A stretch of DNA of 64,000 nt from an uncultured Bacteroidota bacterium (lineage in GTDB: Bacteria > Bacteroidota > Bacteroidia > Flavobacteriales > Flavobacteriaceae). The stretch covers positions 9,874 to 73,873 of the forward strand of contig CACIJH010000006.1 of NCBI GenBank assembly GCA_902586905.1, written 5' to 3'. Shown in pieces: positions 34,650-44,576 of this stretch (positions are counted from its first letter, which is position 1; each line of letters starts with the position of its first letter). The position numbers were made by a program, and so were the translations under genes. The notes beneath the pieces are model-generated. The model was not told the DNA's origin. It saw only the letters and a program-made list of their open reading frames with translations, and ran no database searches.

Positions 34650-36317
34650 CTAGTTGTTGTTTTTGGACCAATTGTCGCGCAACCCAACTGTTTTGTTAAA
34701 AACAATTTGGTCAGGGGTGCTGTCGGGGTCTACAACATAATAGCCTTGTCGCTGAAATTGATAACTCTTTCCTGCTACAGCATCATCGATGTTTGGCTCT
34801 ATAAATGCCTGCTGCTCGTTGAGGGAGTTGGTGTTAAGAAAACTCGTAAACGGCTTGTCTTTATGACCATCTGGGTTGGGGTCTGAAAAGAGTCTGTCAT
34901 AGTTTCGTACCTGTATTTGTTGTGCATGATTTTGCGAAACCCAGTGCAGGGTGCCTTTCACTTTGCGTTGACTTTCTTCTGTACCACTACCACTTTTGCT
35001 CAAGGGATCATAGGTGCAAAAAACAGTTATTATCTTTCCATTTTCGTCCTTTTCAACAGATTCTGCCTTGATGATATAAGCATTTTTTAAGCGTACTTCT
35101 TTCCCTAGTTTTAATCGAAAAAACTTACGATTTGCCTCTTCTCTAAAATCCTCTTGCTCAATCAAGATCGTTTTGGAAAAAGGCACTTCTCTAGACCCAG
35201 CTGTTGGGTCTTCTGGGTTGTTTTCTGCTTTTAGTAATTCTGTTTTATCCTCAGGATAATTGGTAATCACAACGCGCAAAGGATTGAGTACAGCCATCAT
35301 ACGTAATGCTGCTTTGTTCAGATCCTCACGCACACAAAACTCCAAAAGCGAAACATCGATAAGATTCTCGCGCTTGGCTACGCCTACTGCTTGAATAAAA
35401 TTCTTTAATGATTCTGGTGTATAGCCCCTTCTTCTCAGACCACTGATGGTTGGCATTCTAGGGTCATCCCAGCCAGAAACGTCGTTGTTTTGAACAAGCT
35501 GCATCAGTTTGCGTTTGCTCGTAACAGTATAGTTCAAATTGAGCCTTGCAAACTCTCTTTGCTTGGGTGCTAGTCCTGATCCATACACATCGTTTAGAAA
35601 GGCTTCATACAAGTCTCTGTGGGGTTTAAATTCCAACGAACATAGGGAGTGTGATATCTTTTCAATATAATCAGACTGCCCATGCGTCCAATCATACATT
35701 GGGTATATGCACCACTTGTCGCCTGTTCTGTGATGTGTTTGAAACAATATTCGATACATGACAGGGTCGCGCAACAGCATATTGGGGGATACCATGTCGC
35801 CTTTATATCGCAAAACGTGGCTTCCTTCTTTGTGCTTCCCTTCTTTCATTTCAGTAAACAGCTGAAGGTTTTCGTCTATCGATCGCGTTCGATAAGGACT
35901 GTTTTCGCCAGCTTGTGTGGGTGTTCCTTTTTGACTTGCTATGTCCTCTGAAGATTGTGAGTCAACATAAGCTTTTCCTGCCTTGATAAGATCAACTGCC
36001 CAGTCGTAGAGTGTTTGGAAATAATCGGAAGCATAACACTCATTGTCCCAAGTAAAGCCCAACCATTGAATATCATTTTTTATCGCATCTACATAAAGTT
36101 GCTCTTCAGCTGCAGGGTTGGTATCATCGAAGCGAAGGTTTACAGGCGCATTATACTTTTGTCCCAGTCCAAAATTGACACATATCGCTTTTACATGGCC
36201 AATATGCAAAAACCCATTTGGCTCTGGTGGAAATCGAAAACGCAGCGATTCTTGTGAGAGTCCTTGTTGCAGATCTTCGTCAATTATGTGTTCGATAAAA
36301 TTTTTCGAGGGGTTCAC
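34650..36317 (-). CDS. glnS: Glutamine--tRNA ligase
   Basis: RFPPEPNGFLHIGHVKA (HIGH) and VTSKRKL (KMSKS variant). 555 aa with the C-terminal anticodon-binding beta-barrels typical of GlnRS. Confidence 0.95.
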   Translation of the reverse strand: MNPSKNFIEHIIDEDLQQGLSQESLRFRFPPEPNGFLHIGHVKAICVNFGLGQKYNAPVNLRFDDTNPAAEEQLYVDAIKNDIQWLGFTWDNECYASDYFQTLYDWAVDLIKAGKAYVDSQSSEDIASQKGTPTQAGENSPYRTRSIDENLQLFTEMKEGKHKEGSHVLRYKGDMVSPNMLLRDPVMYRILFQTHHRTGDKWCIYPMYDWTHGQSDYIEKISHSLCSLEFKPHRDLYEAFLNDVYGSGLAPKQREFARLNLNYTVTSKRKLMQLVQNNDVSGWDDPRMPTISGLRRRGYTPESLKNFIQAVGVAKRENLIDVSLLEFCVREDLNKAALRMMAVLNPLRVVITNYPEDKTELLKAENNPEDPTAGSREVPFSKTILIEQEDFREEANRKFFRLKLGKEVRLKNAYIIKAESVEKDENGKIITVFCTYDPLSKSGSGTEESQRKVKGTLHWVSQNHAQQIQVRNYDRLFSDPNPDGHKDKPFTSFLNTNSLNEQQAFIEPNIDDAVAGKSYQFQRQGYYVVDPDSTPDQIVFNKTVGLRDNWSKNNN

Positions 36318-36374
36318 TTGACTTTATTTGTTTGCAAAGGTAATTAATTCGCACGCTTTGGGACCTTTGTTTAT

Positions 36375-36382
36375 TATCTTTG
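36375..36382 (+). promoter_or_regulatory. Bacteroidota -7 promoter motif candidate (TAnnTTTG) upstream of folB
   Basis: TATCTTTG lies 12 nt upstream of the ATG at 36395, which argues against the TTG start at 36380 used by the ORF track. Confidence 0.3.
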
Positions 36383-36394
36383 CCAAAAATAAAT

Positions 36395-36745
36395 ATGGGG
36401 CAAATTTATTTAGAAAATATTCGGACTTATAGTCATCATGGTTGTATGCAAGAAGAGACGATTATTGGCAGCGAATATCGTGTGGATCTTTGGGTTGACG
36501 CTGATTTGTCTGTTGCTGCCCAAACAGATAATCTAAATGATACCCCAGATTATGTGTTGCTGCATGAGATTGTTGTTTCAGAAATGAAAACTGCTTCAAA
36601 ACTGTTGGAGCATGTGGCACAAAGGATTATTGACCAGATCAATAGGAAGTTTGCTTCTTTGGAGAAAGTAAAGGTGCGTGTAACCAAAATAAACCCACCC
36701 ATTGGAGGGGATGTTAAGTCTGTATCTGTACTCCTCAGCTCCTAA
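36395..36745 (+). CDS. folB: Dihydroneopterin aldolase
   Basis: Size (116 aa) and the pattern IYLENIRTYSHHGCMQEE..G..Y.VDL...D....A..D.L..T.DY are typical of FolB. Confidence 0.8.
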   Translation: MGQIYLENIRTYSHHGCMQEETIIGSEYRVDLWVDADLSVAAQTDNLNDTPDYVLLHEIVVSEMKTASKLLEHVAQRIIDQINRKFASLEKVKVRVTKINPPIGGDVKSVSVLLSS

Positions 36746-36790
36746 CTCGTGATATGTTGGTTAAAATAGCTTACTTTTGCCATTGAATTT

Positions 36791-36861
36791 GGCACCGTGG
36801 CCGAGTGGCTAGGCAGAGCTCTGCAAAAGCTTGTACAGCGGTTCGAATCCGCTCGGTGCCT
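36791..36861 (+). tRNA. tRNA-Cys (anticodon GCA)
   Basis: Folded by hand. Acceptor stem GGCACCG/CGGTGCC, 3-bp D stem GCC/GGC, anticodon stem GAGCT/AGCTT with loop CTGCAAA, T arm AGCGG-TTCGAAT-CCGCT. The discriminator is U, as expected for Cys. CCA is not encoded. Confidence 0.88.
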
Positions 36862-36864
36862 CTT

Positions 36865-37536
36865 TTAATTCCACTGATTTATTGAGGGTAATAACACCTC
36901 GGGTTCTGGTGCATAAACTCCTTGGTATATAAAGTATATGCCAAAAACAACAAGCAAGAAACAAACGAACATTCTTATTTTGTAAATCACTGGAGGTGTG
37001 AGGGTTTTGCTCAATTGTTTTGCCAATACAATTTTGATAAATCCAAGAAACAAATAGCCAAGCATTACTGTTGAGAAGAAAACAATGATGCGACTTGTTT
37101 CTAATTCCAACGTTGGTGCAATAGAAACAAGCAACCCAAGCCAAAACAAAAAGGTTCCAATATTGATGATGTTTAGAAAAAAACCTTTGAGGAAATACGT
37201 AAAAAGACGAAAGCCCTTGGGTTCGATGTGCCCATTTTCTATAATTTCTTCCTTTTTACTCATGGTCGTAATGGCGCTAATGATGGTGTAAACAAGCAAC
37301 AACACCCCTCCCAAAATATACAGGTTTGGGTTGTCTTGTATGTCTGCTAACAATGATTTCGTACCTAGAAAAGCGACAGAAACAAAAATAGCATCTGCAA
37401 AAACTGCTCCTAGATCAATTAGAAATGCTGCCTTGATTCCTTTGCTAATACTTGTTTCTAGAATAAGAAAAAAAAGTGGCCCTGTTGCAAATATCAACAA
37501 GACCGAAAAGGGTAGTGCTGAAAGAACATCATTCAT
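36865..37536 (-). CDS. LysE/RhtB-family amino-acid exporter
   Basis: 223 aa with about 6 TM helices. The N-terminal FATGPLFFLILETSISKGIKAAF resembles the LysE signature region. Confidence 0.65.
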   Translation of the reverse strand: MNDVLSALPFSVLLIFATGPLFFLILETSISKGIKAAFLIDLGAVFADAIFVSVAFLGTKSLLADIQDNPNLYILGGVLLLVYTIISAITTMSKKEEIIENGHIEPKGFRLFTYFLKGFFLNIINIGTFLFWLGLLVSIAPTLELETSRIIVFFSTVMLGYLFLGFIKIVLAKQLSKTLTPPVIYKIRMFVCFLLVVFGIYFIYQGVYAPEPEVLLPSINQWN

Positions 37537-38211
37537 TTATTCTGTTGTTTTTGAGAAGATAATAGACCCGCCTAGCGTTTTGTTGTGAACTGTTTTTAAT
37601 GGGTTTCCATGCACTCGTGCAACACCTCCAAAACATGTTGTTAAATCGAAAGAGGTAGTGGCTTGTATATCACAAGAGCCACCAAAAAGTATTTTTGCTG
37701 TCGTGTCTTTGGATAATGTATGCTCAGCATTCACAACTCCCCCTGATGAAATGTGAATATGCTGTTGATCTGCCTGGCCTTTCACAATGATTTTTCCTCC
37801 TGTTTTTGCAGCATAGTTTGCACGTTTTGCATCCAATAGCAGCTCAATTTCACCACCCTTTCTGCTAATAACATCAATGTTTTGCGTAACGATTGTATCG
37901 AGTATAGAGAGGTATGCGCCTCGTCTTACATCTATTTTTTCAATTTTACCTGCGTAAAACAGTTCTATATTGCCATCAATGCCTTTGAGTGCTTGCACTG
38001 GTTTCATGCTGATTTTTAGCTGTCCGTCTTTGTTGGTTAGCGTTACGCCTTGTTCGTTTTCACTTGTGATTATGACCTCGTTTGTATCTGATTTTATCAT
38101 CGTCACATGCAAGCCATCTCTAATGATGAGTTGATTAAAATCACCAATAGCCTTTTTTTGCCCATTGACATATAAGCAACAAAAAAGAAGGGTCATTAGT
38201 ATTTTATTCAT
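37537..38211 (-). CDS. Secreted DUF2807 (GIN-domain, beta-helix) protein
   Basis: Signal peptide, with repeated GGx(I/V)xV/A units (GGEIELLL, GGKIIVKG, GGVVNAEH, GGSCDIQA, GGVARVHG) typical of this family. Confidence 0.65.
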   Translation of the reverse strand: MNKILMTLLFCCLYVNGQKKAIGDFNQLIIRDGLHVTMIKSDTNEVIITSENEQGVTLTNKDGQLKISMKPVQALKGIDGNIELFYAGKIEKIDVRRGAYLSILDTIVTQNIDVISRKGGEIELLLDAKRANYAAKTGGKIIVKGQADQQHIHISSGGVVNAEHTLSKDTTAKILFGGSCDIQATTSFDLTTCFGGVARVHGNPLKTVHNKTLGGSIIFSKTTE

Positions 38212-38239
38212 TTGGGTATTTTTTCAAAATTACATAAAT

Positions 38240-40387
38240 CTAATCTTCTACAATCGACAAATCGATTTGTCTTTTGATTAAGTCGGTCGATAATATTTTA
38301 GCAAAAACCTGATCTCCCAATTGATACTCCTTTTTTGTTTGTTGGCCAACCATCTTTAGTTGAGCAGGATCGTAATAAAAAAAATCATCTTGAAGATCTT
38401 GTATACGAACAAAACCCTCGCATTTACTTTCATTTAACTCAATAAAAATTCCTCTTTCTGTAACACCTGATATACTTGCTTTTTGCGTTGTGCCGATGAG
38501 CTTTGATACATATTTTACCTGCATGAGTTTAATCGAGTCTCGTTCTGCTTTGGTTGCGAGTATTTCTTGATCTGTACAGTGCTTCAGTTGCTGTTCTAAT
38601 TCATCTGCTTTTAGTGTGCTTTTTTCTGTTAGATAGTATTGCAATAAACGATGAACGATGATGTCTGGATACCTACGTATGGGCGATGTGAAATGCGTAT
38701 AATAGTCAAAATGAAGACCATAATGACCTATGTTTTGTGTCGTATAAATCGCTTTACTCATACTCCTAATGGCTAAAGTATCAAGCAAGTTTTTTTCAGG
38801 TTTTTCATCAATTTGCTTGAGCAATTTGTTGATTGATTTTGCAATTAAATTAGGCGAATTTAAATTCAATTTATATCCCAAACCAAAAGCAATTCGTGCG
38901 AATTGTGCCAACTTTTCTTCGTCTGGTTCGTCGTGAACACGATACACAAAAGGCAAGGATTGTTGTTGTTCTCCAATATGCTTTGCAACATATTCGTTTG
39001 CCAAAAGCATAAACTCTTCTATCAAGTGATTAGCTTCCTTACTTTCCTTCAGCAACACTGATGTAGGATTGTTTTGACTGTCTAAATCAAATCGAACTTC
39101 TTGTTTGTTAAAGTTAATAGCGCCATTGATCAATCGTTCTTTTCTTCGCATCGATGCAATGTTTTGCAAAACTTGAATGGCTTCATAAATATCATCACTC
39201 ACAGTGTACTCGTCATTTGATAGAGATATCTCTTTGGGTATCGTTTTTGTTTGAGTGGTTATGATGTGTTGTGCTTCTTCATAAGCAAAACGAGCATCAG
39301 ATAGAATCACTGTTTTACCAAACCACTTCGATATCATTTTTCCTGCTGATGACATTTCAAAAATAGCAGAAAAACAAAGCTTTTCTTCGTTTGGTCGCAG
39401 AGAGCAAATTTGATTCGAGAGTTTTTCTGGAAGCATCGGAACCACACGATCTACGAGGTAAATAGAAGTTGCGCGTTTGTACGCTTCCTTGTCCAGCTCA
39501 CTTCCTTGTTGTACATAATGAGAAACATCTGCAATATGAATTCCAATCTCATATTGATCTTCTTTTACTTTTCGAAATGATATTGCATCATCAAAATCCT
39601 TTGCATTTTTTGGATCGATTGTGAAGGTTAGTATCTCACGAAAATCTCGTCGTGATGATATTTCCTGTGCTGTGATGGATGCATCTAAAGTGGAAGCCTG
39701 TTCTTCTATTTCCTTTGGAAAATTCCAGGGCAAACCATGACTTGCCATGATCGTATGAATTTCTGTTTCATGTGTGCCAGGTACTCCCAAAATTTCAGTT
39801 ACAATTGCTTGAGGGTAATTCGATTTTCGTTTCCATTCTTGTATAGAAACCAACACACAGTCGCCTAGCTTTGCTCCTCCCAAATTGTCTTTTGACAACA
39901 AAAAAGGAATATTGATTTGTTTGGGTTGAACAGCATACACCTCACCAAAGCTTTCTATTACACCAACATAATGCGTTTGTTTTCTCTTTAATATATTGAC
40001 GACTACCCCTTGCTTTCGTCGTTTACCTCTAGATGTTGTGATTTTAAAAGACACTGTATCGCCATGAAAAGCCTTGTTGAAATGACGTCTATCTATAAAT
40101 ACATCATCATCTAACTCCTCTGATATAAGGTACCCATTTCCTTGGCTATTGACATCTAATATTCCTTCGTGAAGATAAGATGGGGAAGGAATGAAATATT
40201 TCCCTCGTTCTTTTTCTTCGATGATGCCTTTTGACTTTAGTTTTTTCAGCGTTTTTGTGATATGGTTTCTACCACTAGGATCATGTACAGACATACGACG
40301 GCAGATTTGTTTATAGTTTAGAGGGTTTCCATTTTGTTGAAGTAAAATGTTTATAATGACATCTTTTGTGGTCGTCTTTTTTCCCAT
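38240..40387 (-). CDS. rnr: Ribonuclease R
   Basis: N-terminal wHTH and cold-shock-like domains, RNB motifs DPKNAKDFDDAIS and YTHFTSPIRRYPD, and a C-terminal S1 domain. 715 aa. Confidence 0.93.
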   Translation of the reverse strand: MGKKTTTKDVIINILLQQNGNPLNYKQICRRMSVHDPSGRNHITKTLKKLKSKGIIEEKERGKYFIPSPSYLHEGILDVNSQGNGYLISEELDDDVFIDRRHFNKAFHGDTVSFKITTSRGKRRKQGVVVNILKRKQTHYVGVIESFGEVYAVQPKQINIPFLLSKDNLGGAKLGDCVLVSIQEWKRKSNYPQAIVTEILGVPGTHETEIHTIMASHGLPWNFPKEIEEQASTLDASITAQEISSRRDFREILTFTIDPKNAKDFDDAISFRKVKEDQYEIGIHIADVSHYVQQGSELDKEAYKRATSIYLVDRVVPMLPEKLSNQICSLRPNEEKLCFSAIFEMSSAGKMISKWFGKTVILSDARFAYEEAQHIITTQTKTIPKEISLSNDEYTVSDDIYEAIQVLQNIASMRRKERLINGAINFNKQEVRFDLDSQNNPTSVLLKESKEANHLIEEFMLLANEYVAKHIGEQQQSLPFVYRVHDEPDEEKLAQFARIAFGLGYKLNLNSPNLIAKSINKLLKQIDEKPEKNLLDTLAIRSMSKAIYTTQNIGHYGLHFDYYTHFTSPIRRYPDIIVHRLLQYYLTEKSTLKADELEQQLKHCTDQEILATKAERDSIKLMQVKYVSKLIGTTQKASISGVTERGIFIELNESKCEGFVRIQDLQDDFFYYDPAQLKMVGQQTKKEYQLGDQVFAKILSTDLIKRQIDLSIVED

Positions 40388-40428
40388 GATTTAACACGTG
40401 CAATTTAGAATAATAAATCTATACGCTT

Positions 40429-40679
40429 TGGTCCACAAAAAATGACTTATCAACTTTATTCATATTATCATTATAAAATATTTTTAAATTAAATTATTTT
40501 AGAGATTATAATAGCTTGTTAATTTGTACAATAAGGTCTGTTCTACTTCTTACAGTGGTTGTTGATAAACTTATCTTTATTGTTTACAAAATGTATATTA
40601 AAAAGAATAAATACAAGCAATCAGTCTTTTGTTTTTTACATTGTTAACAACAGTTGTTTTATCAACATATCTATCAACA
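40429..40679. other. AT-rich divergent intergenic region with five DnaA-box-like 9-mers
   Basis: tGGTCCACA at 40429-40437, TTATCAACT at 40447-40455, TTATCAACA on the minus strand at 40560-40568, TTATCAACA at 40659-40667 and CTATCAACA at 40671-40679. There is also the 10-bp palindrome TTGTTAACAA at 40641-40650. Confidence 0.3.
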
Positions 40680-40712
40680 GAAAGTTAATTAATTTTACAG
40701 CAAACGACAGTC

Positions 40713-41141
40713 ATGAATATATCAATTGGAAACGATCACGCAGGAACAGCCTATAAACGAGAGCTTTTGAGCTATCTCACTAGCAAAGGCCACACTGTCA
40801 TAAATCATGGAACCAATGACGATAATAGTATGGACTATCCAGACACCATTCATCCTGTTGCTGAAGACGTTGCCAATCGTAAATCTGACATAGGTATCAT
40901 TATTTGTGGCAGTGGAAATGGTGCAAATATGACAGCTAACAAACACGAAAATATTCGTTCTGCCCTGTGCTGGAACAAAGAAATCTCTTCACTAGCACGT
41001 CAACATAACGATGCGAATATCCTGAGTTTACCTGCACGATTCATTTCAATAGAGGAAGCAAAAGAAATTGTTGATCTTTTTCTATCCACACCTTTTGAAG
41101 GTGGTCGTCATCAACGAAGAATAGATAAAATAAACAAATGA
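40713..41141 (+). CDS. rpiB: Ribose-5-phosphate isomerase B
   Basis: ISIGNDHAG, IIICGSGNGANMTANK and the C-terminal GGRHQRRIDKI. 142 aa. Confidence 0.92.
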   Translation: MNISIGNDHAGTAYKRELLSYLTSKGHTVINHGTNDDNSMDYPDTIHPVAEDVANRKSDIGIIICGSGNGANMTANKHENIRSALCWNKEISSLARQHNDANILSLPARFISIEEAKEIVDLFLSTPFEGGRHQRRIDKINK

Positions 41142-41587
41142 AACTCGATTGGAAACTGTATGATTGGAATCAAATCGATACAGCTGTTTTATATGCCATA
41201 CTGGCGTTGCGATCTGAGGTTTTTGTTGTTGAGCAAGATTGTGTTTATCAAGACATCGATGGCAAGGACGCTAAATCAAATCATTTGTTAGGGTATGAAG
41301 ATGATCAACTAATCGCTTATAGTAGGCTTTTTAAACCAGGTGATTATTTTGAAGAATACTCATTTGGCCGAGCTGTGATTAAACAAACACATCGTGGGTT
41401 GGGTTTAGGTGATGAGCTTGTACAGCAATCAATTCAAGCGCTAGGTCTAGATAAAGAAATCAAAATTTCTGCTCAATACCACCTAGAAAAACTATATCAA
41501 AAGCATGGTTTTGTGTCACAAGGAGACACATATTTAGAAGATGGCATCCCTCATATTGCTATGTATCGGAATTTTTCCAGTTCGTAA
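41138..41587 (+). CDS. GNAT-family N-acetyltransferase (ElaA-like)
   Basis: Acetyl-CoA motif HRGLGLGDELVQ, an ElaA-like LYAILALRSEVFVVEQDCVYQDIDGKD start, and a 4-nt overlap with rpiB. Confidence 0.8.
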   Translation: MKLDWKLYDWNQIDTAVLYAILALRSEVFVVEQDCVYQDIDGKDAKSNHLLGYEDDQLIAYSRLFKPGDYFEEYSFGRAVIKQTHRGLGLGDELVQQSIQALGLDKEIKISAQYHLEKLYQKHGFVSQGDTYLEDGIPHIAMYRNFSSS

Positions 41588-41909
41588 GTAAATGTGTAAA
41601 AGCAACATAAATTTCCTGACTGCTTTTAACTTTTTTGTCATTATAAATAAAATACCCAATACCACTAAAAGAAGGTCCCAGCAACTGTTGTTGCAAACGA
41701 AAGGATTCACGCATTCTTCGTTTGATTAAGTTTCTTGTAACAGCAGATTGATGCAGTCGTTTGGGAGCAGAAAAACCTATTTTAAACTCCTTTTTTTTAT
41801 TGATATATTTTAAGGTTATCCCACCAAAGGACAATGATTTTCCAGATGTAAACAACTGTTGAAGCTGCCTATCATTTGTGATCCGAAGTTGTTTTGGAAA
41901 GGAGTACAT
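41559..41909 (-). CDS. rnpA: Ribonuclease P protein component
   Basis: 116 aa and basic. F.K..RI....FQ.LF..GKS followed by KRLHQSAVTRNLIKRRMRESFR (RNR motif). Confidence 0.8.
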   Translation of the reverse strand: MYSFPKQLRITNDRQLQQLFTSGKSLSFGGITLKYINKKKEFKIGFSAPKRLHQSAVTRNLIKRRMRESFRLQQQLLGPSFSGIGYFIYNDKKVKSSQEIYVAFTHLLTNWKNSDT

Positions 41910-43717
41910 TACTCAGCTTTATAATAAACATCATTCTTTGGATTCACATCAGCGACGAGGCCATTTGGATTGATAAGAATATATTTTATATCATCTAAAT
42001 CATTATCGATTTCAAAGGTATATGTTGGTATTGCCCATGCCCAATCATCAATCGTTGTGACTGTATTGTTTACAAATTCTTTCTCACCTCGAAGCATACG
42101 CAAAGGGATATAATAATAATAAAAAGATCCATCATTCATTTCAACATAGACTTCAACAGGTATCGGCATATTGCCAATTCGCTCTAAGACAACAACTGTT
42201 TTTTCGCCTTTTTCTTCTACCTTTTGAACACCATAATCAATCGTGTTGGTCGTGCGAACCCAATCGTTGAGATACCACTCAAGTTGCATACCTGAAACCT
42301 TTTCAGCGATTCGTTTAAAATCATTCGGCGTTGGGTGGCTAAACTTAAACACATCATAATATCTTTTTATCGTTTCTATGAGTTTGTAAGTACCCATGAT
42401 ATACTCGAGTTGAGCGAGGAAAAGAGCCCCCTTAGAATAACTCCCAACACCATATGCAAAGTTATATTGAAACCTGTCGGCATGGGTTGTTAGTGGCTCT
42501 TCTACACCTGATTGGACAAGCTGAAAGTAACGATCATAGAAACTAGAATATGGATTTTCTGTTCCCAAAATAGCAGCTTCACAAAGCATATCATAAAAAG
42601 AAGTAAACCCCTCATCCATCCAAGCATATTTTGCTTCATTCGTTCCCAACAAATGATGAAACCAACTATGAGCCAACTCATGAGCTGTTACCCCAAACAA
42701 ACTGCTGTATTCTCGTTCACCTGTTATGAGTGTGCACATCGGATATTCCATACCACCATCACCACCCTGAATAACAGAATATTGTTTGTAAGGATATTCA
42801 CCTATATTTTCATTAAAAAATGACAGCATTTTAGCAGTATCTGCCTGTAGTCTTTTCCAATTGTCTTGAATATCAGGGTTGTTGAGATAGAAAAAATGAA
42901 GCTCAACATCATTTGGACCCAATATCATATCATGGATAAAATCTGGATCTGCAGCCCAAGCAAAATCATGTACCATAGGCGCAACAAAACGCCAAGTAAG
43001 TGTTTTTGCTTTTGTTTTTTTATTCTTTTTTGCATATCCATGTCCAATTTCTTCAGGGTTTTGAAGATATCCTGTACCACCGATTACATAGTCACGATCA
43101 ATAGTGATGGAAACATCAAAATCGCCCCACACCCCATGAAACTCTCGTCCGATATAAGGGTTGGGATGCCAACCATCCTTGTCGTATTCAGCCATTTTAG
43201 GGTACCACTGCGTCATCGACAGATCAACCCCTTCTTTATTGTTCCTTCCACTTCGACGAATTTGTACAGGTACTTGACCCTCAAACACCATATCAAACAC
43301 AGTGGAATCTCCTGGCAAAAGAGGCGTGGCAAGTTCAACAACCAAAATGGTTTCTTCTTCAGCATAAGCCACAGCTTTTCCATCTTGTACAAGATCATTG
43401 ACATGTAAAAAGCCAATTTCATCTGCCGACAATTTCGAAATTCGATCCCCTACACGACTGTCAGGATCTTTGATTGTTCTTGAACGAACATCCATTTCGC
43501 TACCAGGCTGAAAAGCATTGAAGTACAGATGATAAAACACTATTGAAAGTGTATCAGGTGAGTGATTTGTATAGCGCAGCTGTTGCGTTCCGTTGTATCG
43601 ATATGTTTCCACATCCATACGAATGTCCATGACATAATCAACCTCTTGTTGCCAATAGCCTTTGTAAGGGTTTTGAGCAACAGAAAACAGGCAAAAAAGA
43701 AAGATGAGATATTTCAT
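41909..43717 (-). CDS. Secreted M1-family zinc aminopeptidase
   Basis: GGMEYP, HELAHSWFHHLLG and WMDEGFTSF (HEXXH-18-E). Start set at MKYLIFLFCLFSVAQN (signal peptide). Confidence 0.88.
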   Translation of the reverse strand: MKYLIFLFCLFSVAQNPYKGYWQQEVDYVMDIRMDVETYRYNGTQQLRYTNHSPDTLSIVFYHLYFNAFQPGSEMDVRSRTIKDPDSRVGDRISKLSADEIGFLHVNDLVQDGKAVAYAEEETILVVELATPLLPGDSTVFDMVFEGQVPVQIRRSGRNNKEGVDLSMTQWYPKMAEYDKDGWHPNPYIGREFHGVWGDFDVSITIDRDYVIGGTGYLQNPEEIGHGYAKKNKKTKAKTLTWRFVAPMVHDFAWAADPDFIHDMILGPNDVELHFFYLNNPDIQDNWKRLQADTAKMLSFFNENIGEYPYKQYSVIQGGDGGMEYPMCTLITGEREYSSLFGVTAHELAHSWFHHLLGTNEAKYAWMDEGFTSFYDMLCEAAILGTENPYSSFYDRYFQLVQSGVEEPLTTHADRFQYNFAYGVGSYSKGALFLAQLEYIMGTYKLIETIKRYYDVFKFSHPTPNDFKRIAEKVSGMQLEWYLNDWVRTTNTIDYGVQKVEEKGEKTVVVLERIGNMPIPVEVYVEMNDGSFYYYYIPLRMLRGEKEFVNNTVTTIDDWAWAIPTYTFEIDNDLDDIKYILINPNGLVADVNPKNDVYYKAE

Positions 43718-43731
43718 AAATAAGATTTCAG

Positions 43732-44574
43732 TTAAAAAAATTCGTTCCACTGATGACTCGACTGCAAACGAACACCCTTTTCAGTTTGTTGTACTTTAAT
43801 CAAAGGGGTGTTGGGGTCATGTTCCATAAAAAGCAAATAATCATTTTCAGCAGCAAGATCCAAAAAAGCGGCCTTTTCTACAAGTGTTTGTAAGGGCCTT
43901 ACATCATAACCCATTACATAGGGCACAGGAATATGCCCAATAGTGGGGATGAGATCACCCATAAAAACGATTTTTTCGCCTTTCCAATCAAGTATAGGCA
44001 GCATTTGTTTTTCTGTATGGCCATCGACAAAAAGCAGCTCCAAACCCAAGGGGTTTTCCTTACTTTTTTCGATAAATCGCAATCGACCAGACTCCTCAAC
44101 CGGGAGTAGGTTATCATCTAAAAATGAAGCCTTTTCACGAGGGTTTGGGTTGGTTGCCCACTGCCAATGGGATTCGTTGGACCAGTAGTCGGCGTTTGGA
44201 AACACAGGCACAAAAGAGGTGTGGTCTTTGTTAAAAGTAAAACAACCTCCACAGTGATCAAAATGCAAATGCGTTAACAGCACATCTGTGATATCGTTGG
44301 GGTGAAAGCCAGCATTGGTGATGGAATCAAGCAGGTTATTTTTTCCCCAGGGCTTGTAGTAGCTGAAGAATTTATCGCTTTGCTTATCGCCCATTCCTGT
44401 ATCAACCAAAATCAAACGATCACCAGTTTCAATCAAAAGGCATCTGGCACAAACATCAATTAAGTTGTCTTTGTCTGCAGGATTGGTGCGTTGCCATAGG
44501 GACTTGGGAACCACCCCAAACATAGCACCCCCGTCAAGTTTAAAATGACCTGCATTGATGGGAAAAAGATTCAT
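43732..44574 (-). CDS. MBL-fold metallo-hydrolase
   Basis: THLHFDHCGG motif, with later DGHTEKQ and MEHD ligand motifs. 280 aa. Confidence 0.85.
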   Translation of the reverse strand: MNLFPINAGHFKLDGGAMFGVVPKSLWQRTNPADKDNLIDVCARCLLIETGDRLILVDTGMGDKQSDKFFSYYKPWGKNNLLDSITNAGFHPNDITDVLLTHLHFDHCGGCFTFNKDHTSFVPVFPNADYWSNESHWQWATNPNPREKASFLDDNLLPVEESGRLRFIEKSKENPLGLELLFVDGHTEKQMLPILDWKGEKIVFMGDLIPTIGHIPVPYVMGYDVRPLQTLVEKAAFLDLAAENDYLLFMEHDPNTPLIKVQQTEKGVRLQSSHQWNEFF

Positions 44575-44576
44575 GT

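Noticed and set aside
36809-37144. 111-aa minus-strand ORF spanning the tRNA-Cys gene
   Set aside because: It overlaps the tRNA and the out-of-frame 3' end of the LysE-family gene, so it is a shadow ORF.
42866-43408. Long antisense ORFs inside well-supported genes. Examples are 42866-43408, 51868-52347, 61195-61731, 60499-60921, 12447-12779, 26813-27187, 13926-14231 and 23894-24265.
   Set aside because: Each lies wholly within and opposite a gene with strong family motifs (M1 peptidase, asd, pgi, glmS, pgk, ugd, GH3). The products are low-complexity or Cys/Phe/Leu-rich shadow frames with no motifs.
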